A stretch of DNA of 64,000 nucleotides, from the NCBI GenBank assembly GCA_028280165.1, contig JANQMI010000214.1, positions 132 through 64,131 of the forward strand, written 5' to 3'. The notes under the pieces are model-generated. The model was given only the letters and a program-made list of their open reading frames with translations, had not been told where the DNA came from and made no database searches. The position numbers were made by a program, and so were the translations under genes. This stretch comes from Oceanicaulis sp. (lineage in GTDB: Bacteria; Pseudomonadota; Alphaproteobacteria; Caulobacterales; Maricaulaceae). This document shows, in pieces, positions 29,167-37,630 of the stretch; within the stretch, counting starts at the first letter, position 1, and each line of letters opens with the position of its first letter.

Positions 29167-30288
29167 ATGACGGCGCTGCGCGATCTTTATCCGATGCCGG
29201 ACATCGACAAGCACTGGCATGTGCCCAACGAATTCGAAGCCGTCTTCGACTGGCGCTTCGACGAAGGGCGGACCACGCTCATGCACTTGTACCAGAAGGG
29301 CAAGGACATGCAGTGGGATGCGCTGAACCGTATCGATTGGCAGCTGGATCTCGACCCCGAAGATCCCATGCAGATGCCCGATGAGGCCGTCCCGATTTTT
29401 GGGTCCTCGGTTTGGGACAAGATGAACCGACAAGAAAAGGCCGAAATGCGTCGCCATGGTCAGGCCTGGAATATCTCCCAATTCCTGCAGGGCGAGCAGG
29501 CGGCTCTTTTGGCCGCTTCAAAAATCGTTCAATCCGTCCCCGATCTCGATGCGAAATTCTACGCCGCCACGCAGGTGATGGATGAAGCCCGCCATGTGGA
29601 GGCCTATAAAAAGCTGCTGGGCAAGTTTGGCGTCGCCTATCCGATGACCGATCCGCTCCAGGAGCTGGTCAATGATGCGCTGTCCGACAGCCGCTGGGAT
29701 GTCACCTACCTGGCCATGCAGGTGGTCATCGAAGGCCTGGCGCTCGCCGCCTTCGGCACCATTCGTGATCTGGCGCAGAACCCGCTGGCCAAGCAGGTCA
29801 ACGCCTATGTCATGGAAGACGAGGCGCGCCACGTGGCCTTCGGGCGGTTATCGCTGCGCGACTATTATCCGGAGTTGACCCAGAAAGAGCGTGATGAGCG
29901 TGAAGAGTTTCTGGTGGAGGCCTGCTATTTGATGCGCGATCGCATGACCCAGTCCAGCGTGGTGTATGAGCAGCTCGGCCTGCCGGTTAAAGAGTGCGTA
30001 GACTTCACCGAGCAGTCAGAGATCGTGAAGCTGTACCGCACCATGCTATTCCAACGCATTGTCCCGATCGTGAAGGATATCGGGCTTTGGGGTGATAAGA
30101 TCCAGAAATGCTATGAGGATATGGGCGTGCTGCACTATGCCGAACTCGATCCTCAGCTCTTGATGGATGAAGATGAACGCATCGCCAAGGAGATCGAAGC
30201 CGCTGCGGAAGGTATCGATCCGACCAAGGCGCGCCGCGATTATATCCATGCCGTGGCCAAGCAGGGCGCGGCCGGTCACGCCGAATAG
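29167..30288 (+). CDS. Ferritin-like diiron-carboxylate protein (AurF/CmlI-like fold)
   Basis: Paired E...DEARH motifs: QGEQAA / MDEARH and IEGLAL / EDEARH. Confidence 0.82.
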   Translation: MTALRDLYPMPDIDKHWHVPNEFEAVFDWRFDEGRTTLMHLYQKGKDMQWDALNRIDWQLDLDPEDPMQMPDEAVPIFGSSVWDKMNRQEKAEMRRHGQAWNISQFLQGEQAALLAASKIVQSVPDLDAKFYAATQVMDEARHVEAYKKLLGKFGVAYPMTDPLQELVNDALSDSRWDVTYLAMQVVIEGLALAAFGTIRDLAQNPLAKQVNAYVMEDEARHVAFGRLSLRDYYPELTQKERDEREEFLVEACYLMRDRMTQSSVVYEQLGLPVKECVDFTEQSEIVKLYRTMLFQRIVPIVKDIGLWGDKIQKCYEDMGVLHYAELDPQLLMDEDERIAKEIEAAAEGIDPTKARRDYIHAVAKQGAAGHAE

Positions 30289-30449
30289 CCCCGTCTTCTA
30301 CAGTCAGTTCGCTGATGCGGTTCTTGGGCGCGTAGACGTCTAACCTTGCAAAGCTCACCACTTCGCAGGGGCGTCTTTGCATCTTCGTCATTTGCCAAAC
30401 TCTGCGACTTGCCTAAAACGGCGGGCTTCAAACTTTGATGAGGCGCGCT

Positions 30450-31457
30450 ATGCGACATTTTCTGTCGACTGAAGACTGGTCCCGTGACGATCTCCAACAG
30501 ATGATCGACCGAGCGCGCGCCTTCCGATCAAGCCCTGAAGGTGATGCGCTGCGCGGCAAGTCGGTCGCGCTGCTCTTCTTCAATCCATCTTTGCGCACCC
30601 GCTCCAGTTTTGACATTGGCGTGCACCAGCTTGGCGGTCACGCCATCGTGCTGGATGCCCAGGGTCAAACCTGGCCGCTGGAATTCGAAGAGGGCGCGGT
30701 CATGGACGGCGGCCCGGAAGAGCACGTCAAAGAGGCGGCGCGCGTGCTGTCGCGCTATGTCGACCTGATCGCCATTCGCTGCTTCCCAAAATTCGTTGAC
30801 TGGAGTGCTGAGCGCGAAGACCCGCTCATCAGCGCCTATGCGAGATACGCCACCGTGCCAGTGATCAATATGGAAACCATCGTTCATCCCTGTCAGGAGC
30901 TGGCGATGATGATGGCGTTGCAGGACCGTATCGGCGATGTGCGCGGCAAGGATTTCCTGTTGACCTGGGTGCCCCATCCCAAACCGCTCAACACCGCGGT
31001 GGCGAACTCTGCGCTACTGATCGCGTCCAAATTCGGGATGAATGTGCGTCTGCTCATCCCCGATAATGTCTACCGCCTGGACGAGCGTTACATGGGGGCG
31101 GCGGAACGCTTCTGTGCAGACGCCGGCACTACGTTCACTATTACCACCGATCCGGAAGCGGGCTATGCCGGAGCCGATGCGGTTTATGGCAAGAGCTGGG
31201 GCGCGTTGCCCTTCTTCGGACGCTGGGACGACGAAGCGCCGTTCCGTGCCAAAGGGGCGAGCTTCATGATTGATGAAGCGAAGATGGCGCTCACCCAAGG
31301 CGGTGTCGTCAGCCACTGCCTGCCCATGCGCCGCAATGTGAAGATTGCCGACGCGGTTGTGGATGGCCCTGATTTCCTGGGCATTGAGGAGGCGGAGAAC
31401 CGGCTTCACGTGCAAAAGGCGATCATGGAGCGGTTGATGATTGAGGCCGGATCATGA
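30450..31457 (+). CDS. argF: N-acetylornithine carbamoyltransferase (ArgF')
   Basis: NPSLRTR, HPCQ, HPKPLNTAVANS, KSWGALPFFG, HCLP as in Xanthomonas AOTCase. Confidence 0.9.
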   Translation: MRHFLSTEDWSRDDLQQMIDRARAFRSSPEGDALRGKSVALLFFNPSLRTRSSFDIGVHQLGGHAIVLDAQGQTWPLEFEEGAVMDGGPEEHVKEAARVLSRYVDLIAIRCFPKFVDWSAEREDPLISAYARYATVPVINMETIVHPCQELAMMMALQDRIGDVRGKDFLLTWVPHPKPLNTAVANSALLIASKFGMNVRLLIPDNVYRLDERYMGAAERFCADAGTTFTITTDPEAGYAGADAVYGKSWGALPFFGRWDDEAPFRAKGASFMIDEAKMALTQGGVVSHCLPMRRNVKIADAVVDGPDFLGIEEAENRLHVQKAIMERLMIEAGS

Positions 31458-32788
31458 GCCAGGAGACCAAGCTGTCCCGGCCTCCGGTGCGTGCAGCGAT
31501 TGTGGAGCTGCTTTCCCACATGCGTGACGGCAAGGAAATCCGCGAATATCTCAATCGCTTTTCGGAGCTGGATCAGGAACGTTTCGCCGTTATCAAGGTG
31601 GGCGGTGCGATCATTGAAGAGCAACTGGATGATCTCGCCCGCGCGTTGGCCTTTCTGCAGTCTGTGGGGCTGGCCCCGATCGTCGTGCATGGCGGCGGAC
31701 CGCAGCTCAACGCTGCGCTTGAATCTGCAGGCTTTCCCGAACAGCGCAAGGACGGCTTGCGGGTCACTCCGGCAGACGCCATTGGTACCGTGCGCGACAC
31801 GCTCACGGCGGTGAATGTGAAGCTGGTTCAAGCGGTCCGCGACCAGGGCGGCCGAGCTGCGTCGATCCCAATCGGTGTGTTTGAAGCTGAGCTGATCGAC
31901 GAAGTGGGCCTGGGCCGTGTCGGCGAGCCGTCCGGCATCCGCCTTGATCTCGTTGCGGCGGCGGCGAAGGCGGGCCAGGCTCCAATCCTGACCTGTCTGG
32001 GCGACACGGCCGACGGGCGATTGGTCAATATCAATGCCGACAGCGCCGTGCGCGCCCTGGTCGGTGAGCTTCAGCCCTATAAAATTGTCTTCCTGACTGG
32101 GACAGGGGCGCTTCTGGACGAGGGCGGGGCACCCATCTCCACGGTCAATCTGGCCACAGACTTTGACGAGTTGATGGGCAAGGATTGGGTCGCGGGCGGC
32201 ATGCGGCTGAAGCTGCAGGAGATTAAGCGCCTGCTCGACACGCTGCCATTGTCCAGCTCGGTTTCGATCACGCGGCCTGATGTGCTGGCGAAAGAACTCT
32301 TCACCCACGCCGGTGCCGGCACATTGGTGCGCCGCGGGGAGCGGATTGAAGAGCTCACGGACTTGGTCCAGCTCGATCAAAGTCGCGCTACGGCTCTGGT
32401 GGCTGAAAGCTTCGGGCGTCCCTTGAAGGCCGGCTATTTTGACAGCCTCGATTTTGATCGCGCCTTCGTGACGGAGAATTATCGTGCCGCAGCCATTACC
32501 GCCCGGCTAAACGATACGATCTATCTCGACAAATTCGCCGTGCTCGATGCGGCGCGTGGGGAGGGGCTTGGCGGAGCGGTGTGGAAGCGGCTGGTGGCCT
32601 ATGCGCCGCGGCTCTACTGGCGCTCGCGCCGGGACAATCCGATCAACGAGTTTTACTTCGCGGTTTGCGATAGCGCGATCAAGCGGGGCGAGTGGACCGT
32701 GTTTCAACGCGGTGAGACCGATCTGTCCCGCCTTCCGCAGCTGGCTGAACAGATTGCGGCCCTGCCGGCCAGCCTGGAGGAGGCGTGA
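31454..32788 (+). CDS. argB: Bifunctional N-acetylglutamate kinase/synthase (NAGS-K: AAK domain plus C-terminal NAT domain)
   Basis: VIKVGG, VHGGGPQ, NINAD, GGMRLKL; C-terminal YLDKFAV...RGEGLG...WRSRRDNPINEFY. Confidence 0.9.
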   Translation: MSQETKLSRPPVRAAIVELLSHMRDGKEIREYLNRFSELDQERFAVIKVGGAIIEEQLDDLARALAFLQSVGLAPIVVHGGGPQLNAALESAGFPEQRKDGLRVTPADAIGTVRDTLTAVNVKLVQAVRDQGGRAASIPIGVFEAELIDEVGLGRVGEPSGIRLDLVAAAAKAGQAPILTCLGDTADGRLVNINADSAVRALVGELQPYKIVFLTGTGALLDEGGAPISTVNLATDFDELMGKDWVAGGMRLKLQEIKRLLDTLPLSSSVSITRPDVLAKELFTHAGAGTLVRRGERIEELTDLVQLDQSRATALVAESFGRPLKAGYFDSLDFDRAFVTENYRAAAITARLNDTIYLDKFAVLDAARGEGLGGAVWKRLVAYAPRLYWRSRRDNPINEFYFAVCDSAIKRGEWTVFQRGETDLSRLPQLAEQIAALPASLEEA

Positions 32789-33732
32789 TGAAACGTATCG
32801 GTCTTGTGGGCGCGCGCGGTCACACCGGGCGGGAGCTGATCCGGATTCTCAGCCAGCGTGATGATCTGGCGCTGGGATTTGCTGTGTCGCGGGCGATGGC
32901 TGGACACCCGGTCACCGAGCTGGCCCCGGAAGCCGACCCCTCGCTGGTCTTTGAGGCGCTGACCCCGCAGGACATCGCCAAGTGCGGCGTGGACGCCATC
33001 ATCCTGGCCATGCCCAATGGCGCGGCCGCGGATTATGTCGCTGCGATCGAGGCACAGGCACCAGATGCCGTGATTGTTGACCTCTCGGCTGACCATCGCT
33101 TTGACGAGGCTTGGATTTATGGCCTGCCAGAAATCTATGGCCGTGATCAGATTAAAGGCGCAACGCGTATCGCCAATCCCGGTTGCTACGCCACAGCAGG
33201 TCAGCTCGCAGTGGCTCCGGTGCGTTCTTGGCTGTCTGGCCCGGCGCACCTGTTTGGCGTGTCTGGATACTCCGGCGCGGGCACGACGCCCAGCCGAAAG
33301 AATGATACCGAAGCACTGAAAGACAATCTCATGCCTTATGGCCTTCTGGGCCATATGCACGAGCGTGAGATGACCCGCCAGCTCGGCACAGACTTGCGCT
33401 TTAGCCCGCACGTGGCCGCTTTCTTCCGGGGTATCACGCTGACCGCACAGCTGGAATTCGCGAACCCTGTGACGGTGGAACAGCTGCGCGCTATCTATCA
33501 TACGGCCTATGCCGACGAACCCTTGATCGAGGTGAAAGACGCGATCCCGGAGATTGCCGACGGGGCCTTCAAACCCGGCGCGGTCGTGGGTGGCTTCACG
33601 TTATCCGAGGACGGCCGGCGCGCGGTCGTGGTGTCGGCGCTCGACAACCTGCTCAAGGGCGCGGCGGTGCAAGCCGTCCAGAACCTGGCACTGGCACTGG
33701 GGCTGGAGGAGCTGAAGGGGATTGCGGAGTAA
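32785..33732 (+). CDS. argC: N-acetyl-gamma-glutamyl-phosphate reductase
   Basis: GARGHTG, VDLSADHR, IANPGCYAT, SGYSGAG, DNLLKGAA. Confidence 0.93.
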   Translation: MMKRIGLVGARGHTGRELIRILSQRDDLALGFAVSRAMAGHPVTELAPEADPSLVFEALTPQDIAKCGVDAIILAMPNGAAADYVAAIEAQAPDAVIVDLSADHRFDEAWIYGLPEIYGRDQIKGATRIANPGCYATAGQLAVAPVRSWLSGPAHLFGVSGYSGAGTTPSRKNDTEALKDNLMPYGLLGHMHEREMTRQLGTDLRFSPHVAAFFRGITLTAQLEFANPVTVEQLRAIYHTAYADEPLIEVKDAIPEIADGAFKPGAVVGGFTLSEDGRRAVVVSALDNLLKGAAVQAVQNLALALGLEELKGIAE

Positions 33733-33762
33733 CATCCAGCACCGAGCGTTCACTTGGAAAGT

Positions 33763-33858
33763 CCTTCGAGACACGCGTTTCACGCGCTCCTCAGGATGAG
33801 ATTTTCTTCGAGCTCCGACTTGCCTCATCCTGAGGAGGCCGAAGCCCGTCTCGAAGGG
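33763..33858. repeat. Inverted pair of CTCATCCTGAGGAG..TCTCGAAGG REP units
   Basis: ccttcgagac...ctcctcaggatgag then cctcatcctgaggag...gtctcgaaggg; same family as 11992-12090. Confidence 0.8.
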
Positions 33859-33955
33859 CGCAGCACGCCCCTAACGCCTCCGTGAACAGCTGTGACTTGG
33901 CTCTGGCGCCGACTGCGCCACATTAGGCGGAGGACACCCAGCCAAGAGAGTATCG

Positions 33956-34603
33956 ATGTACCGTCCCGTCTTCCTTGCCGCCGCCCTGTTTGTCATGCCT
34001 GCTGCCGCCTGCGCGCAGGATGCTGGGGCCTATGCCACTTCCGCAACGCCTGACGGTGCGGACCTGCCTGACGGACTGGCCCACGCGGTGTTTGCATCAG
34101 GCTGTTTCTGGTGCACCGAAGCGGACTTTGAAAAGCTTGATGGCGTGGTCGAAGTGGTCTCCGGCTTTGCAGGCGGGACTGAAGACAATCCGGGTTATTA
34201 CGATGTGGTCTATGGACGGACCAGCCATTCAGAGGCCGCCCGTGTGATCTATGATCCGGCGGTGGTCAGCTATCAGCAGCTCTTGGATCATTACTGGGTC
34301 AATGTCGATCCGTTTGATCGCGACGGTCAATTCTGTGACCGCGGTGGTGCCTACGCACCGCATATCTTCCCCATCGATGACGCGCAGCGAGCGCTGGCTG
34401 TGGCGTCTGCTGAAAGCGTGGAGGCTCGCTTTGAGCGAAGCGTTGCGGTGGATATCGAGCTTCTCACGACGTTCTGGCCGGCAGAAGCGAACCACCAGAA
34501 TTTCGCCGACACCAACCCGATCCGTTATCAGCGTTATCGCTTTGGCTGCCGCCGCGATCAGCGCCTGCGCCAGATTTGGGGCGATCAGGCGCTCGGCGGG
34601 TAA
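33956..34603 (+). CDS. msrA: Peptide-methionine (S)-S-oxide reductase, exported
   Basis: GCFWC, GFAGG, HSEA, GQFCDRG, AEANHQNF; signal peptide. Confidence 0.92.
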   Translation: MYRPVFLAAALFVMPAAACAQDAGAYATSATPDGADLPDGLAHAVFASGCFWCTEADFEKLDGVVEVVSGFAGGTEDNPGYYDVVYGRTSHSEAARVIYDPAVVSYQQLLDHYWVNVDPFDRDGQFCDRGGAYAPHIFPIDDAQRALAVASAESVEARFERSVAVDIELLTTFWPAEANHQNFADTNPIRYQRYRFGCRRDQRLRQIWGDQALGG

Positions 34604-34663
34604 TCCGACGGATGAGCTTGCGAGCCCGCGTATACCCTCCCATGCAAAACGGGGAGACTGATC

Positions 34664-35695
34664 ATGTGGCTCAGGCGCACAGGAATGGCTGCCAGTGTAG
34701 CGATCGCGATGGCAGCCGCCGCTCAGGCGCAGGATTGCGCCGCGCTGGCCGCATTTAACACCGAGCGCGCAGGTGTCAGTTTGGTGGTCCTGCGCGGCGG
34801 CGAGCTTGTCTGCGAAGACTACGCCAATGGCGGGAGCGCAGAGGCCGGCTGGCGGCTGGCGAGCGGGACAAAGAGCTTTTCCGGCATCATAGCCGCGGCC
34901 GCCGTTCAAGATGGGCTGCTGACCTTAGATGAGCGCGTTTCGGACACGCTGCCGACCTGGGGCGAGGACCCGTTCCTGCGTGAGGTCACCCTTGCCGAGC
35001 TTCTGTCCCTGACCTCTGGTGCCGATTTTCCTGGCTTTCGGCGGGCGGGTCGGATGCCCTCCTATGATGAGGCTGTGGAGGCCGCGGTTGGGCTCGCTGA
35101 GCCAGGTACACGTTTCCAGTATGGCTCTGGGCCGTTTCAGGTCTTCGGTGCTCTGATGATGGTCAAGCTGGACAACGCGGGCCTTGATGCAGATCCCCAA
35201 GCCTATCTGCAGCGCCGGGTTTTGGATCCGATCGGCGTTGCACCGACCGAGTGGGTCGCACGCCGCGGCGGGCTGCCCCATTTGCCCGCCGGGGCGGCCT
35301 TTACGGCGCGCGACTGGGCTCAGTTCGGTCAATTTGTTCTACAGGGTGGGCGCTGGGATGGTCGGCAGCTGGTCGACTCGGCCGCCCTTGAGCGTCTGTT
35401 CGAAGGCAGCGCGGCGAACCCCGCCTATGGTCTGACCTGGTGGTTGGCAGCGCCGGTGGATGCCGACTTACGGGCCCGCATCCCTCAACTGCGCAGAGCC
35501 ACAGATCTGGCGGGTCACGACGCTGACTTTGGACTGGTTTGGATGGCCGCCGGTGCGGGCCGGCAGCGGCTTTATGTGGTCCCGGATGCGGACATGGTCA
35601 TCGTGCGTCAGACGGATCGGGTCATGGCATCCTTGATGGCGCGCGCGCCAGACTGGTCGGATCGTGACTTCGTCGCCCTGGCCCTTTCCGATTAG
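34664..35695 (+). CDS. Serine hydrolase, beta-lactamase-related, secreted
   Basis: Signal peptide; ASGTKS (SxxK), FQYGS, AAGAGRQ. Confidence 0.82.
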   Translation: MWLRRTGMAASVAIAMAAAAQAQDCAALAAFNTERAGVSLVVLRGGELVCEDYANGGSAEAGWRLASGTKSFSGIIAAAAVQDGLLTLDERVSDTLPTWGEDPFLREVTLAELLSLTSGADFPGFRRAGRMPSYDEAVEAAVGLAEPGTRFQYGSGPFQVFGALMMVKLDNAGLDADPQAYLQRRVLDPIGVAPTEWVARRGGLPHLPAGAAFTARDWAQFGQFVLQGGRWDGRQLVDSAALERLFEGSAANPAYGLTWWLAAPVDADLRARIPQLRRATDLAGHDADFGLVWMAAGAGRQRLYVVPDADMVIVRQTDRVMASLMARAPDWSDRDFVALALSD

Positions 35696-37242
35696 CGCAG
35701 GTCGGAGAATTGCGCTTCGAACTCTGGTGTCCGCTCAAGGGGCGCATAGCCTTCGGCCAGGAATAACTGGTAGCGGCGCTCAATATCCCCGCCCAGATTG
35801 ACGACAATTTCACCGGCCGGTTCAAAGCGGTCGAAATCAGCCCTGATCACCGGAATCTCCCAATGGCGCTCGGACACAATCAGGATCGGGCCTTCTACGT
35901 CCTCGGTGAGTGGCCAGGTGGCTTCCGCAAAGCTTTGCGGACCGGACTGGCGCAGCCACATATAAAGGTTCGCCTCCATGTCTGGGCCATAGCGCTGAGT
36001 CTGGTGGAAGTCGTTACGGTTATCAAATGCGATCGACTGAACGCCGGCGTCCTCAGCAGCGCGGATAACCGCCTGCGCGCTGGCCGGCCATTCCCGGACA
36101 CGCTTGAAGTCGTTCTCACGTCCGAGCGCATCGGTGAAGGCGGGCGAGGCGGCCATGCTGAGAAACAGCCCGCCTACCGCCACGTGGAAAGCGACCGAGC
36201 CATAGATCACAAAGCGCCGCCAGCGCGGGCCATCGGTCAAAAGCCAGGCGATCAGCAGAGTTGCCGCAACAAAGGCAGATGCGGCCCAGTTGGCATGGGC
36301 GCGGCTGATAAAGGCTTGGCCGGCAACAATTACAAGCGCCGGAACCGCAAAGCCCGCCAGCATCAGGAGCACACGCTCATCCTGCCCAGGTTTGAAGCGG
36401 CGTATGGCGACAACAATAGCGGCGATAAAGGCGATAAAAGTAGCTGGACCGAAAACCAGGAATTGATCACCGATGAACTGGGTGAGCTCTTCAAAGTTAA
36501 ACAAGCTGCCCTGCCAGTTTGCGTTGGCGGCTGTGTGCGACACGGTCGCGAAATCATTGGCTGAGTTCCAAAGCACATTGCCGCTGATCAGCGCCAGGAA
36601 AAGCGTCAGCGCGGCTCCACCTTGCAGGCTTAGAAGCGCGCGGCGGCTTGGCCCATCCACCACAATGGCGAGCGCGGTCCCGATCAGAAAATAGAGCGTG
36701 GCGTATTTCGACAGAAAGGCCCAACCGGCTGCCGCACCCAAGATCAAGGCGTATGTCCAGCTGCGCTGCTCGCGCAGGCGCACAAGTGCATAGAGCCCAA
36801 TGCTCCAGCCGACCATCATCACGCCATCAGTGGAGATGATGATGGAGGATAGCCAAACCGCCGGCATCAGCACCCAGAGCGCGGCGGCCCAGAAGCCCGC
36901 GCGCGGGCCGAATAGCCGGGCTGCGGTCAAACCCAAGAAGCTGGCGGTGACGAGGTGCAGGATCGGTGCACTGAAACGCACGGCCCAATCGGAGTCTCCG
37001 AACACGCTTGTGGTCAGCCAGATCATCCAGGCAATCATGGGCGGCTTGGAGAAATAGCCCCAATCGAGGGACTGCGCCCACAGCCAATACTGAGTTTCGT
37101 CGGCATAAAGGCTGTTAGGATCAATCCATAGAACCACGAGCCGAACCAGCGTCAGCGATCCGAGCAGAACCATGGCCGCGCGTAGCGCGGTGCGTGGGTT
37201 GTCGAGCGGTGACGATATCTGAGGCGCGTAGAGCTGGGTCAT
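35692..37242 (-). CDS. Glycosyltransferase family 39 (ArnT/PMT-like) membrane protein
   Basis: DETQYWLWAQSLDWGYFSKPPMIAW, FLSKYA, many TM helices. Confidence 0.85.
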   Translation of the reverse strand: MTQLYAPQISSPLDNPRTALRAAMVLLGSLTLVRLVVLWIDPNSLYADETQYWLWAQSLDWGYFSKPPMIAWMIWLTTSVFGDSDWAVRFSAPILHLVTASFLGLTAARLFGPRAGFWAAALWVLMPAVWLSSIIISTDGVMMVGWSIGLYALVRLREQRSWTYALILGAAAGWAFLSKYATLYFLIGTALAIVVDGPSRRALLSLQGGAALTLFLALISGNVLWNSANDFATVSHTAANANWQGSLFNFEELTQFIGDQFLVFGPATFIAFIAAIVVAIRRFKPGQDERVLLMLAGFAVPALVIVAGQAFISRAHANWAASAFVAATLLIAWLLTDGPRWRRFVIYGSVAFHVAVGGLFLSMAASPAFTDALGRENDFKRVREWPASAQAVIRAAEDAGVQSIAFDNRNDFHQTQRYGPDMEANLYMWLRQSGPQSFAEATWPLTEDVEGPILIVSERHWEIPVIRADFDRFEPAGEIVVNLGGDIERRYQLFLAEGYAPLERTPEFEAQFSDLR

Positions 37243-37508
37243 GGACGGCTAGATGCGCATGCTTGGCCCGCTTGTCAAAGCGCACGTGAACCGATTCTCC
37301 GCTTCCTCGGCCCGGGTGCGACATCGTGGCCTTAATGCAACGCTTGTTGAGGAGTCAGCACCCGGTGCATCGGGCGTTGATCCGGCCGGGTGCCACGCAT
37401 GGTGCGGTGCATCAATGCGGTCCGGGATGCGATCTAACGGTATTATTGGGAAAATTAACTATTTAAGGGAGAGCGGGTAATCCGTGGACGGAGCACCGTT
37501 CAGAGTGG

Positions 37509-37548
37509 GTGTAATAAAAGCTTCATAAATGCGTCATCGAACCGTCAG
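37509..37548 (+). promoter_or_regulatory. Tandem Pho box (PhoB sites) upstream of the TonB-dependent receptor
   Basis: 11-bp period: GTGTAAT-AAAA / GCTTCAT-AAAT / GCGTCAT-CGAA / CCGTCAG, against consensus CTGTCAT-N4; phoD lies downstream. Confidence 0.65.
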
Positions 37549-37630
37549 ACCTGACCTGTACCGCCCGCCTTCGAAGCGTCGGCATTCTGTCTGCGCTGTT
37601 CATTGTTGGTCGATTAGGGGGACCTCCTTG

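Noticed and set aside
33882-33896. Possible fourth GTGAAC-N3-GTTCAC site before msrA
   Set aside because: Only the left half matches (GTGAAC agc TGTGAC).
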